Shown here: positions 26,440 through 36,296 of the stretch, piece by piece
Position numbering within the stretch: position 1 is the first letter of the stretch
How the letters are laid out: each line of letters begins with the position of its first letter
Assembly: GCA_034669905.1 (NCBI GenBank)
Contig: JAXMOL010000037.1
Coordinates: 18,734-82,733 of the forward strand
DNA: 64,000 bases
Direction: 5' to 3'
Source of the DNA: Candidatus Hydrogenedentota bacterium
Lineage (GTDB): Bacteria; Hydrogenedentota; Hydrogenedentia; Hydrogenedentales; JAEUWI01
Made by a program: the position numbers and the translations under genes
The notes under the pieces: generated by a model
Told to the model about the DNA's origin: nothing
Seen by the model: only the letters and a program-made list of their open reading frames with translations
The model's database searches: none

Positions 26440-28998
26440 TCAGGCCCAGGTAATCAGGGTCGTCTCATGCTTTTGGGCCAGGTCCGGGTTGTAGGGGATG
26501 ACCCGGACGGTGAAACCCATCTGTCCCGTGTCATCACAGCGGATTTCCCCGGTATAGCGGTAGAAACCATCGCCCACTTCTTTTTCCGATTCCATTTCTG
26601 AAGCGACGCCTTTTTCGATCTGGCCTTGGGCGTTGAGGGTGCCGAAGTAGACCTCCACCGTCACGTCACTGGGGCTCAGTGCGCCCAGGGAGACCTCCGC
26701 CGAAACGGGCAGGGAGGCACCGACGAGGAGGCTATCGGACGCGTTGGCCTCGATGGCGCGAACGCTCACGGTAGACCACTGGGAGTGGACCTTATTCTTC
26801 CAGTCTGAAAGGGCAATGGCCCGGGCGTGGTTGTCTGCCTTGAGGGCCTTGCGCCGGAGGGACGAGGGGATATAACACCGGTCCGTGTATTCCTGAACCA
26901 TGCGATAGGTGTTGAATACGGGGCCGATGGTGCCGATGGCGGATTTCATCCGGTGAATCCATTCCCGCGGCAGGTCGTCATTGCCCCGCTGATAGAAGGT
27001 GGGCACGATTTCTTTTTCGAAGAGTTCATAGAGCGCTTCACTTTCGACCCGGTCCTGTTCGGCCAAATCATCGTAGTGCTCACCCCGGCCGATGCTCCAG
27101 CCGTTGGGACCCAGGTGTTCGGCTTCGCACCACCAACCGTCGGGGATACTGATGTTCAGGGCGCCATTGGCGGAGGCTTTCATGCCGCTGGTGCCACTGG
27201 CTTCCATGGGACGACGGGGGGTGTTGAGCCAGCAATCGACACCCTGGACCATATAGCGGGCCACGTTGATGTCGTAGTCTTCCAGGAAGACGAAATGGCG
27301 GCGAATCTCGGGTTCTTTCGCAAACTGCTGGAGGGCCCGGATAAGTTGTTTGCCTGCGGCATCCTGGGGGTGGGCCTTACCCGCGATAATAAACTGCACG
27401 GGGTGCTCTGCATTGGTGAGGATACGCTTGAGCCGTTCGGGGTCACGGAGGATCAGGGTGGCCCGCTTGTAGGTGGCGAAGCGCCGTGCAAAACCGATGG
27501 TGAGGGCATCGGGATTCAGCACTTCCCGGCAGATCGCAAGCTCGGTGTCGGGGGCACCCCGTTTTTCATATTGGTCGGCCAGGCGGTGGCGGGCGAAGTT
27601 GACCAGGCGCTCCCGACGACGTTCGTGGGTACGCCACAGTTCGGTGTCGGGCACTTCGTCAATCCGCTTCCAAATGCTCTGATCGTCGGGGCTGTTGACC
27701 CAACCGGGCCCGAGATAGCGATCGTAGAGGTCCGAGAGGTCCCGGGAGATGACGCTCCGGGTATGGATACCGTTGGTGATGGAGGTGATGGGCACTTCAT
27801 CGACCGGGACGCCGTTCCACGTGAGGGCCCACATGCCCCGGGCCACTTCGCCATGGAGTTTACTTACGCCATTGGCGCCGGAGGAGAGGCGTAAGGCCAG
27901 GACGGTCATGCAGAAGGGTTCGTGGGCATCGTTGGGGTTTTGCCGACCCAGTTGCAGAAAGCGCTCGAAGGTAATTCCCACTTCGTTGCAATAGCCCCGG
28001 AAATAGCGTTCCACGAGGCCGGGTTCAAACATATCATTCCCTGCAGGCACGGGGGTGTGGGTGGTGAAGAAGCTGCCGGCCTTAACGGTTTCGCTCGCCT
28101 GCTCAAAGGTCATGCCCTCTTCGGCGATCAGTTCCTTGGTTCGCTGCAGGGTCATGAAGGCTGCGTGACCTTCGTTCATGTGGTAGGTCGTGGGCTGGAT
28201 TCCCAGGGCGTGCATGGCCAACACGCCGCCCATACCCAACAGGATTTCCTGCCGTACCCGGGTTTCGTGGTCGCCGCCATAGAGCTGGGCCGTGATGGCC
28301 CGGACGGCGGGGCTGTTGGCTTCGTTGTCGCAGTCCAAGAGGTAAAGGGGTACCCGGCCTACCTGGCAACGCCATATGTTCACCAGAACAGGGCCCTCGG
28401 GGTAGTGGACCGTGATGGTCAGGGGCTTGCCGTCGGCGTCCCGCTCCTGGGAGATGGGCATGTTGTAGAAGTCGTTGTGGGGATAGGTTTCCTGCTGCCA
28501 GCCGTCGGTGCTGAGATACTGGCTGAAGTACCCGCCCCGATAGAGGAGGCCAATGCCTACCAGGGGCAGGCCGAGATCGCTGGAGGCTTTGAGGTGGTCA
28601 CCCGCCAGGATGCCCAGGCCACCGGAATAGATACGCATGGACTCATGCAGGCCGAACTCGGCGGACATATAGGCGACGCGAAAATTCTCCGGGGCCTCGG
28701 GGTTTTTGTTGGTCCAGGGGCTGGATTCCATATAGGTGTTCAGCTTGGTAGCGACCCGGTCCATGTGGGCGAGGAAGCTGTCGTCCTGGGCCAGTTCTTC
28801 CAGGCGCAACTGGCTGATGGAGCCCAGCATTTTCGTGGCGTTCTGGTGTACCTGGGTCCACAGGTCCCGGTCCATCCGGTGAAACATGTCGATGGCATCG
28901 TGGTTCCAGCACCACCACAGATTGTTTGCAATTTCAGAAAGCACTTCCAGTCGTTCCGGCAGGCGGGGCACGACGGTAAACTTGGATACAGTGGCCAT
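26440..28998 (-). CDS. glgP: Alpha-glucan (glycogen) phosphorylase
   Basis: YSGGLGILAGD, HMNEGH, FTTHTP, GFARRFATYKR, EASGTSGMK PLP site. Confidence 0.96.
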   Translation of the reverse strand: MATVSKFTVVPRLPERLEVLSEIANNLWWCWNHDAIDMFHRMDRDLWTQVHQNATKMLGSISQLRLEELAQDDSFLAHMDRVATKLNTYMESSPWTNKNPEAPENFRVAYMSAEFGLHESMRIYSGGLGILAGDHLKASSDLGLPLVGIGLLYRGGYFSQYLSTDGWQQETYPHNDFYNMPISQERDADGKPLTITVHYPEGPVLVNIWRCQVGRVPLYLLDCDNEANSPAVRAITAQLYGGDHETRVRQEILLGMGGVLAMHALGIQPTTYHMNEGHAAFMTLQRTKELIAEEGMTFEQASETVKAGSFFTTHTPVPAGNDMFEPGLVERYFRGYCNEVGITFERFLQLGRQNPNDAHEPFCMTVLALRLSSGANGVSKLHGEVARGMWALTWNGVPVDEVPITSITNGIHTRSVISRDLSDLYDRYLGPGWVNSPDDQSIWKRIDEVPDTELWRTHERRRERLVNFARHRLADQYEKRGAPDTELAICREVLNPDALTIGFARRFATYKRATLILRDPERLKRILTNAEHPVQFIIAGKAHPQDAAGKQLIRALQQFAKEPEIRRHFVFLEDYDINVARYMVQGVDCWLNTPRRPMEASGTSGMKASANGALNISIPDGWWCEAEHLGPNGWSIGRGEHYDDLAEQDRVESEALYELFEKEIVPTFYQRGNDDLPREWIHRMKSAIGTIGPVFNTYRMVQEYTDRCYIPSSLRRKALKADNHARAIALSDWKNKVHSQWSTVSVRAIEANASDSLLVGASLPVSAEVSLGALSPSDVTVEVYFGTLNAQGQIEKGVASEMESEKEVGDGFYRYTGEIRCDDTGQMGFTVRVIPYNPDLAQKHETTLITWA

Positions 28999-29319
28999 AG
29001 CGTCTTTTCCTTATCAGGCGATTACCGGTCCAGAAGGCAGGTAATGAATACGCGGTTTGCGCAGCACAAAAGGCATTCTCGGTCCGGAACGTGTCATACA
29101 AAACGGTCCGGAATACGTAACGGGGATCATGGGCGTTCCTGGCCCGACCGGGGCTGCTTCCGGTGGGAGGTAACGGCATAAAGACCCGCACGGATGTATG
29201 TTAATCCAACGACATGCTTGGGAATCCCATTCTTTTCCCCACTTCCCGACACCAGGGGCGCTTATGCGTTCCAAGCATAGCACCTGTATGTTTTCGGGGC
29301 AAGAAGTGGACGGCATCAC

Positions 29320-30060
29320 TTACATGGGTGATGGGGTGTGGGGCGTGGCCCGTTTGGGGGATGTAACCCGGAACCAGCCGATCGAGGCCAGGCCCGCGAT
29401 AATTGCGGCATCAATGATTTCGACAACGATCCTTCCCAGGTATTGACCGGGCACCAGCATATAGAAAAGCCCAACGGTCAGAAAAAATATCGTGCAAAAC
29501 ACGGCATACAGGGCCACGCCTGGAGTTCGTCCCGGCTGGGCATGGGTGAGGGGCAGGCGGTGGATGCCGACCAGGAGCAGGAACAGGCCCACGACCGTGC
29601 TGCCATGTTGCAGGTATTTGTAAGCGGGCCAACCGAGTAGGGTCGTCTTGAGTTGGGGAAAGGCTTGTACGGCAAATCCGATTCCGTGGGTGAAGCTATC
29701 CCAGACGATGTGGGTCAGGGCACCAATCAGAATGGCTATCGCCGCCACTCCCATGTGCCACAGCCCCCCATGGACGGTGGGAGGTGCGGGCCATCGTCGC
29801 TGTAAATAGACGGGCAGACATTCCGGTAGCGCGGGGAGTATCAGCACCCGGTAGACCCCGTACACCACAAGCCCCACCGGCAGGCAAAAGCCCACGAGGC
29901 CGGGGAGGGTGTGGGAAAAATTGCCCCATGGCTGGAGCCGGAGAAAGTATTCGAAATCCGGGCTCATGCTTCCGATGACGAGGGCGGCAAAGGGCACACC
30001 CTGGTTACGAAGACGATAGCCCGGGAGAACGGCGGCAGGATGGGCGAAGGTCAGGGGCAT
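29320..30060 (-). CDS. DUF4184-family membrane protein
   Basis: MPLTFAHPAAVLP, GSMSPDFEY, HIVWDSFTH, LQHGST. Confidence 0.85.
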   Translation of the reverse strand: MPLTFAHPAAVLPGYRLRNQGVPFAALVIGSMSPDFEYFLRLQPWGNFSHTLPGLVGFCLPVGLVVYGVYRVLILPALPECLPVYLQRRWPAPPTVHGGLWHMGVAAIAILIGALTHIVWDSFTHGIGFAVQAFPQLKTTLLGWPAYKYLQHGSTVVGLFLLLVGIHRLPLTHAQPGRTPGVALYAVFCTIFFLTVGLFYMLVPGQYLGRIVVEIIDAAIIAGLASIGWFRVTSPKRATPHTPSPM

Positions 30061-30142
30061 ACGGTGCTGCTCCAGATTCACAAGGCCACGGGAGTGGGTT
30101 GGCTCAAAGTCAGGAGAAAATTTTTTCGCCAGAAGCCTTCAC

Positions 30143-30285
30143 CTGAAGTGCCCGACGAATCCCCTCCCGGCAGGGGTTTGGGGTGGGTTGGGGACGCTTT
30201 CGTGACTTGACCCACCCCCGGCCCCTCCAAGGAGGGGAGTTTTTTCTGCATTCGGTTACCGTTCTCGTCGTAACTTAATGACCCA
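30143..30285. repeat. 143-bp intergenic element B, copy 2
   Basis: Same length and ends (CTGAAG...AATGACCCA) as 20157-20299. Confidence 0.85.
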
Positions 30286-30303
30286 TACGAAAAAATCAAA
30301 CCA

Positions 30304-31599
30304 CTAGAAGAAGTAACGTCCGAAGAAGGAGCCGATGCCATGCACCACCGTGCCAATGGCGCCACGGCGCACTTCGATGCGTCCATTGCGTGCCGCTGCC
30401 CGGTACTCGAAGCCATGACGCGCCACACCCACCACGGGCGTGAAGGACGACGACTGGACCGGTTGGGGCATGAGGTCAATACCGTCGGGCAGTCCCCGGC
30501 GGGCCGGCACCTGGAAGACCGCTTCGGCCAGCCGCTCCTGATTGCGGATGGCGGCGGCGCCCCCGGTCAGGATGATGCCCCGGACGAGGTGTTTGGAGAG
30601 TCCCCGGGAGTTAATGTATTGGTGGACCTTCTGGAGCAGTTCCCGAGAACGCTCATAGATGATCATTTCGAGCACATCCCGATCCACGATGGCGGGGGCC
30701 CCGTGGACGGCACTCTTGAGCTTAATCTGGGGGGAGCGGCCCGATGTGTTTTCGTCCGTCACGTCGTCGGTGTCGACTTCCTCGTCCATCTCCCGCTGGA
30801 TGAGGGCTTCTGACAGGCCGTATTCGAGGACCAGTTCATCGGCCTCTTCGAAGGAGACATGGAGCCCTGCGGCGACGTCGCGGGTGATATGAAAGCCACC
30901 CCAATCGAAGCACTGGGTGGTGAGGATACGGCGGTCCCGGTACATGGCGAGGCTGGTGGTGCTCCGTCCCATGTCGAGGATGGCGACGCCCAACTCCCGG
31001 TCTTCGGGGGTGAGACACCCGAGGCCAGCGGCGAGGGGCAGGAAGACCATGTCTTCCAGCTCGCGGCCCTGGGATTCGATGCAGGTGACGATATTGTCTT
31101 CGATGACCGAAGGGATTTGTGCGAAGTGGACCCGGGTCTTGAGGATGCTGCCGCGAATGCCCACGGGATCGCTGACCCGCAGGTCGTCGACATACCACTC
31201 CTGCGAGGTAATGGAAGAGATGACGTGTTTGCCCGGCGCGAGGATATCGCGGGACGCGAGATCGAGGGCTTCTTCCAGGTGGGGCAGTTCGACGACGTCT
31301 CGGTCGAGTTTTACGTTACCTTCGCGTATGAAGGATTCCACGTTGGTGCCGCTGAGGCCGCAGAAGAGGGAAGCGACCTTCACACCGGCTTCTTTCTCGG
31401 CAGCGTGGAGGGCTTGTTTCAGGGCACGCTGGGCCGCACTCAGATCCTGGATAAGGCCCTGGGAGACACAGCCGCGCCCCTGGGCAATGCCGTGGCCCAG
31501 AATCTGCACGGTACCGTCATGGCCTTCCAGCGCGATAATGACGCGGACTTCACGGGAGCCGAAATCTACGGCCCCGACAATCTCACCTTTTCTGGCCAC
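30304..31599 (-). CDS. ftsA: Cell division protein FtsA
   Basis: VDFGS, V.DPVGIRG (1C domain), LTPEDRELGVAILDMG, GGFHITRDVA, GIILTGG, C-terminal amphipathic helix. Confidence 0.88.
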   Translation of the reverse strand: MARKGEIVGAVDFGSREVRVIIALEGHDGTVQILGHGIAQGRGCVSQGLIQDLSAAQRALKQALHAAEKEAGVKVASLFCGLSGTNVESFIREGNVKLDRDVVELPHLEEALDLASRDILAPGKHVISSITSQEWYVDDLRVSDPVGIRGSILKTRVHFAQIPSVIEDNIVTCIESQGRELEDMVFLPLAAGLGCLTPEDRELGVAILDMGRSTTSLAMYRDRRILTTQCFDWGGFHITRDVAAGLHVSFEEADELVLEYGLSEALIQREMDEEVDTDDVTDENTSGRSPQIKLKSAVHGAPAIVDRDVLEMIIYERSRELLQKVHQYINSRGLSKHLVRGIILTGGAAAIRNQERLAEAVFQVPARRGLPDGIDLMPQPVQSSSFTPVVGVARHGFEYRAAARNGRIEVRRGAIGTVVHGIGSFFGRYFF

Positions 31600-31680
31600 G
31601 ATGCGGCCCTTTCTTCCTGTTAGGTAGCTGCCCGTTGCCGTGTGGCCTATCGGGTCGGATCACCGGTCACTTCGAGATAC

Positions 31681-33708
31681 TTATTCCCCGTGTTCGTCAT
31701 GTCCATCGTGGTGTTCCCCCGAATCCGACGCCTCTGATTCCGGAGTCTCGGGCCCGTCCTCTGCCGGGGGCTCGCCACCCCCCATGAGGGCAATGGTTTT
31801 TTCAATATCGGCTACCGAGCTTTCCCGGTTGGCGAGTTCTTTGTGAATGGCTTCCAGATCCGCTTCATGGGTGCCGCCACGGGCGTGGAGTTTTTCTACA
31901 CGCTCCCGGGCACTGTCCAGATTCTCACGGGCACCGCCCTCTTCTTCCTGAAGTGCGTCGATTTCAGCCTGCATCCGGCTTTCTTCGGCCAGGGTGTCAT
32001 CGAGGGTGGTTTGTCGTTCGGCCAGGCGCTGGCGTTCTTCTTCGCGACGGGCTTCCAGTTCGGCAATCTGGCGGTCCAGGTCGGCCACGGCACCTTCGAC
32101 GCCGGCCACTTCTTCGCGAAGTTGCTGCACGTGTTCCCGCTTGCCATCGAAATCCTGCTGGGATTGGGCAATCTGTTCTTCGAGTGCGCGGAGCCGCTCT
32201 TCGGCATCGCTCACCGCCTGTTCGGCATGGGTGACTTCTTCCACGTTGGCGTCGATCTGCGCCTTGATATCCTGGGCCTTGGCCGCCACCTGTTCGGCTT
32301 CGAGGCGGGCCATATTGGCGGCCAGCTGGAGGGCGAAGACTTTGGCGTCGGATACATTGCCCAAGGCCATCGCCTGTTGGGCCGTCTTCCAGAGGGCTTC
32401 CGGTGTGCCGGGTTCGGGCTCCGGTTCCGCCGGCGGCGCCGGGGCCACGGGGGCCGCTTCCTCCACAACCGGTTCCGGCGTGATTTCTTCCACGGGGAGT
32501 TCCGCGGCAGGCGCGCTTTCCACGGGTGTTTCCTCTACAGGAGCCTCGTCCGCAGGCGCTTCGTCGATCGGTGTTTCCTCAACGGGGTCGGTCGCGCTTT
32601 CCACGGAAGGTTCTTCCGCTACGGGCGCTTCGACAGCTTCGTCTTGCTCACCGCCAAAGGCCGTGCCGAAAAGCTCGTCTTCGGCCGCGGTGGCCGGCGT
32701 GGCCGGGGACTCTTCCGCATCGAATATAGACGGGGCGTCGGGCGTGTCGGCCGGCTCATCGGCCGTAAAGTCGTTGCTCAGTGAATAGTCGGCTTCCCCG
32801 GTGGGGGCGTCGGCCTGCCCGACGAACTCGTCCAGCTTGGGAGCGGCCGTCAACTCTTCGTCATGGGCCTCGTCGGCCACGGTGCCAAAGGGCGACGGGC
32901 TTTCGGGCGGATCCGAGAAGGGGTCCACATCGTGTGCCGGCATTTCGTCGGAGACCTGATCGAGGGGCGTGGATTCGCCAAAGGTGCCCGCTCCACCCCC
33001 GATCAATTCATCAAAGGCGCTGCCATTGGCACCGGCGGGTTTTGGGGCCGGTTCCGGCGCGGCTTCCTGGGCGAAGGGGTCTGGCGTCTCAAATTCGTGG
33101 CGGGTTAAGTCTTCCACGTCATCGCCCTGGCTTTCCCGATCCCGTGTGGATTCGTCGTCCACGAGGGTCAGGCCCAGGGTGGCGAGATCATTGAGGGCGC
33201 GCTCATAGCGTTCGTGCCATTTTTTCATGACTCCGGAGCGCACGTTGTCTACGATCAGATCACCCACCATCAGGCAGAGAATTTCGTAGCTGTCCTTCAG
33301 GAAGGCGACACAGTCTGCGGCCATTCCTGCGTCTTCATAGGTCTGGAGGACACGGGCCGTATCGGTAAGGGCTTCCTTCACGTCGGCCCATCCCTCATTG
33401 AGGGCGATTTCGATGCCCACGATGAGCTGATTCATACACTCGTCGCACCAGTTTTCCTGGGGGGCACCCTCTTCGGCGCGGTTCACCTGGCGCTGGAAAC
33501 GGCCCAGGGACGTCAAGAGCCGTTGCGTCGGGTCGCCCGCGACCATGGATTCTTCCGGGGCTGGGGGTGTCATGACCATCTCCTCATCATAGGTGTCTTC
33601 CGGCGTCGGGGCCGGGGCCAGGGGGCTGGGGGTGTCGTTCGTGGCACGTTCACCAAAAAAACGACGGCCCGCCGCCGCCAGATTTCGGGTCTTCTTTCCA
33701 AATCGCAC
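31681..33708 (-). CDS. Large acidic protein: helical N-domain, Pro/Glu low-complexity linker, long coiled coil
   Basis: GTG 33708 behind GGAGG and TGTGTTACAAT; heptad-rich C-terminus. Confidence 0.75.
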   Translation of the reverse strand: MRFGKKTRNLAAAGRRFFGERATNDTPSPLAPAPTPEDTYDEEMVMTPPAPEESMVAGDPTQRLLTSLGRFQRQVNRAEEGAPQENWCDECMNQLIVGIEIALNEGWADVKEALTDTARVLQTYEDAGMAADCVAFLKDSYEILCLMVGDLIVDNVRSGVMKKWHERYERALNDLATLGLTLVDDESTRDRESQGDDVEDLTRHEFETPDPFAQEAAPEPAPKPAGANGSAFDELIGGGAGTFGESTPLDQVSDEMPAHDVDPFSDPPESPSPFGTVADEAHDEELTAAPKLDEFVGQADAPTGEADYSLSNDFTADEPADTPDAPSIFDAEESPATPATAAEDELFGTAFGGEQDEAVEAPVAEEPSVESATDPVEETPIDEAPADEAPVEETPVESAPAAELPVEEITPEPVVEEAAPVAPAPPAEPEPEPGTPEALWKTAQQAMALGNVSDAKVFALQLAANMARLEAEQVAAKAQDIKAQIDANVEEVTHAEQAVSDAEERLRALEEQIAQSQQDFDGKREHVQQLREEVAGVEGAVADLDRQIAELEARREEERQRLAERQTTLDDTLAEESRMQAEIDALQEEEGGARENLDSARERVEKLHARGGTHEADLEAIHKELANRESSVADIEKTIALMGGGEPPAEDGPETPESEASDSGEHHDGHDEHGE

Positions 33709-34004
33709 CGTGTGCACCTCCAAACGGCCATTGTAACACAGGCATGATAGGGAGGCAATACATGTTGTGGTTTGGGCCTCCATACCGTAAGCTATCATAC
33801 CAAATAGGCGCGCCGCGATGGTGTGCGTGCCTGCGTCCGGCTCATTGACCCCGTTGGGCTTTCGGCGAGAGGGGCCCGGCAAGGGCACCGTAAGTCCGTG
33901 TCGACCGCGTTTGGAGACCGGTTTGGGGGTCGGTAGTTCGGGCAGTAGGAAGGGGCGTTTGATAGCCTTTTGATCGTGGCGAGGTGGGCGATGGGGAGGG
34001 GAAT

Positions 34005-34034
34005 TTGACAAAGGCGGTGATCAGTCGGTATGAT
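34005..34034 (+). promoter_or_regulatory. Sigma70 promoter of rpsD
   Basis: TTGACA-N18-TATGAT. Confidence 0.7.
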
Positions 34035-34052
34035 ACGCAACTCTTCAAATAT

Positions 34053-34134
34053 GGCAGGGACAAGTATGTCTGATTGCGCCTGCCGAAAACCGATGCATTA
34101 CCGGATCAGACAGGGCGAAACAATTTGTTAGCCC
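34053..34134 (+). promoter_or_regulatory. Candidate S4 autoregulatory leader (pseudoknot)
   Basis: GGCAGG/CCTGCC interleaved with TGTCTGAT/ATCAGACA, then GGGC..AACA/TGTT..GCCC hairpin. Confidence 0.5.
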
Positions 34135-34163
34135 GTCCAACGAAAAGGAAATACGCGAGCGCT

Positions 34164-34772
34164 ATGGGCAAGTATCTTGGACCCAAACACAAACTTTGCC
34201 GCCGCCTTGGATCTTGTATCTGGGGAAGTGCGAAATGCCCCTCTAACAAGCGTCCATACGCCCCCGGACAACACGGTCAGAACATGCGCCGGAAGATGTC
34301 TGTCTACGGTGTGCAGCTGTTAGAGAAGCAGAAAATCCGTACGCACTACGGTCTGATGGAACGTCAGATGCGTAAGACGTTCAAAGAAGCCCAACGTATG
34401 GGTGGTGTTACGGGTACGAACCTGCTGATGCTTCTGGAATCCCGTTTGGATTGCATTTGCTTCCGTCTTGGCTACGCCCCCACCATCTCCGGTGCCCGGC
34501 AGCTGGTCAACCACGGCCACATCCTGGTCGACGGCAAGAAGGTGGACATTCCTTCTTTCCGCGTGAAGCCCGGCATGACGATTGGCATCCGTGAGCGGAG
34601 CAAGAAGGTTCCGGTCATCATGGAAGGCGTGGAGCATCCTCCCGTGGCGATTCCGGAATACCTGGATCGTCCCGCGAAGTCTTTCGAAGGCCGCATGACT
34701 GCCGTACCGAATGCAGAAACCCTCCCCTTCCAGCCGGAAACGGCCGGGGTCATTGGTTTCTATTCCCGCTAA
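34164..34772 (+). CDS. rpsD: 30S ribosomal protein S4
   Basis: MGKYLGPKHKLCRRLG, PGQHG, QLLEKQK, LESRLD, ARQLVNHGHILVDG, FYSR. Confidence 0.98.
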   Translation: MGKYLGPKHKLCRRLGSCIWGSAKCPSNKRPYAPGQHGQNMRRKMSVYGVQLLEKQKIRTHYGLMERQMRKTFKEAQRMGGVTGTNLLMLLESRLDCICFRLGYAPTISGARQLVNHGHILVDGKKVDIPSFRVKPGMTIGIRERSKKVPVIMEGVEHPPVAIPEYLDRPAKSFEGRMTAVPNAETLPFQPETAGVIGFYSR

Positions 34773-34806
34773 TCGGGATTGTCATAGCAGACAGCCATAT
34801 TCCATG

Positions 34807-34842
34807 CGGCGGGCCCCTTATTTGAGTGGCCCGCCGGTTTTT
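34807..34842 (+). terminator. Rho-independent terminator after rpsD
   Basis: CGGCGGGCC/GGCCCGCCG followed by TTTTT. Confidence 0.75.
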
Positions 34843-34898
34843 GTGTGCCCCTACGCGGGTGGAATCGAAATTTGAGCGCGAAGCGCAGAGATCGAAAC

Positions 34899-36173
34899 AT
34901 GAGCATTGACATCGTTGTGGGCGCCAATTGGGGCGATGAAGGTAAGGGGCGGATGGTAGATTACCTCGCCCAGAATGCAGATTACGTGGTGCGGTTCCAG
35001 GGCGGCAACAACGCCGGCCATACCGTGGTCAATGAATTCGGCACCTTCAAGCTTCACCTTCTGCCCTCGGGCGTGTTCAATCCCAAGGTCACCAATATCC
35101 TGGGGCCGGGCATGGTCATCGATCTGCAGGGACTCGCCGAAGAATTGGCGGACCTCAAGTCCCGGGGGATTTCTCCCACGATTCGTGTGTCGGATCGGGC
35201 GACGATCTGCTTTCCCTTCCACCGGCTGCAGGATGGCTGGGAAGAGGAGCGGCTGGGTGCCAAGGCCTATGGCTCGACGCGCCGTGGCATTGCGCCGGCC
35301 TACGGGGATCGCACGGTAAAAAAGGGCATCCAGATCGGCGAATTGCTCTATCCCGAACGCCTGAAAGAGCGTTTGGCCCACATCATCGAATACAAGGAAC
35401 TCCAATCTTCTCTCTATGGGAAGAATGGGGCCATCAGCCTCGAAGAAACCCTCGCCTGGGTCGATAAATATGGGGCGGCCGTCCGCGATATGATCTGCGA
35501 TACCACGGTGCTCCTCGATGACGCCGCAAAAGCCGGCAAAAACATTCTTTTCGAAGCCCAGCTCGGCACGCTCCGTGACCTGAACTTCGGTATTTACCCC
35601 TACACCACCTCCTCCTGCGCGCTTGCCGCCTATGCGCCCGTCGGTGGCGGCCTCTTCGGTCACAATCTTGATCGGGTGCTGGGTGTGGTCAAGGCCTTCT
35701 CGACCTGCGTCGGCGAAGGCCCCTTCGTCACGCGGATGGATGAGAGCGACGGCGATACGCTCCGTGAAACGGCGGAAGAGTATGGCGCGGCAACCGGGCG
35801 TCCCCGGACCATTGGCCATTTCGATTCCGTGGCTACGCGCTATGGCGTGCGCATCCAGGGGGCGACGGAAGTGGCCCTGACCAAGCTGGACAGTCTGAGC
35901 GGTCTGTCGACCCTGAAAATCTGCAAGCAGTATGATTTCAAGGGCGAGAAGATCGACAATTTCCCCATCAATGCCGTGTTGGATGAGTCCACGCCCGTGT
36001 ATATGGAGATGCCCGGCTGGGCGGAAGACATTACCAAGGTACGGACTTTCAGTGACCTGCCCCAGACCGCACAGGACTACGTGCTCGAAATCGAGAAGCA
36101 GATTGCCTGTCGCATTCGCTACGTGTCGGTTGGCCCCGAGCGGGAATCGCTCATCGACCGCGGCGAAGGCTGA
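34899..36173 (+). CDS. purA: Adenylosuccinate synthetase
   Basis: WGDEGKG, RFQGGNNAGHT, GSTRRGIAPAY, EYGAATGRPR, TKLD. Confidence 0.97.
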   Translation: MSIDIVVGANWGDEGKGRMVDYLAQNADYVVRFQGGNNAGHTVVNEFGTFKLHLLPSGVFNPKVTNILGPGMVIDLQGLAEELADLKSRGISPTIRVSDRATICFPFHRLQDGWEEERLGAKAYGSTRRGIAPAYGDRTVKKGIQIGELLYPERLKERLAHIIEYKELQSSLYGKNGAISLEETLAWVDKYGAAVRDMICDTTVLLDDAAKAGKNILFEAQLGTLRDLNFGIYPYTTSSCALAAYAPVGGGLFGHNLDRVLGVVKAFSTCVGEGPFVTRMDESDGDTLRETAEEYGAATGRPRTIGHFDSVATRYGVRIQGATEVALTKLDSLSGLSTLKICKQYDFKGEKIDNFPINAVLDESTPVYMEMPGWAEDITKVRTFSDLPQTAQDYVLEIEKQIACRIRYVSVGPERESLIDRGEG

Positions 36174-36296
36174 GACGACCGGGGATTACGGACACGGGGC
36201 ATTGCGGCGTGGATGCGTTGGCCCCCGGCCCCACCACGGGGGCGTGCGGTCCGTCTGCCATCCGGGCGATGAAACCAGAGACCGGAAACGAAAATC

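Noticed and set aside
33709..34011. N-terminal 101 codons of the 776-aa ORF
   Set aside because: Overlaps the divergent promoter region; a better RBS and start exist at 33708
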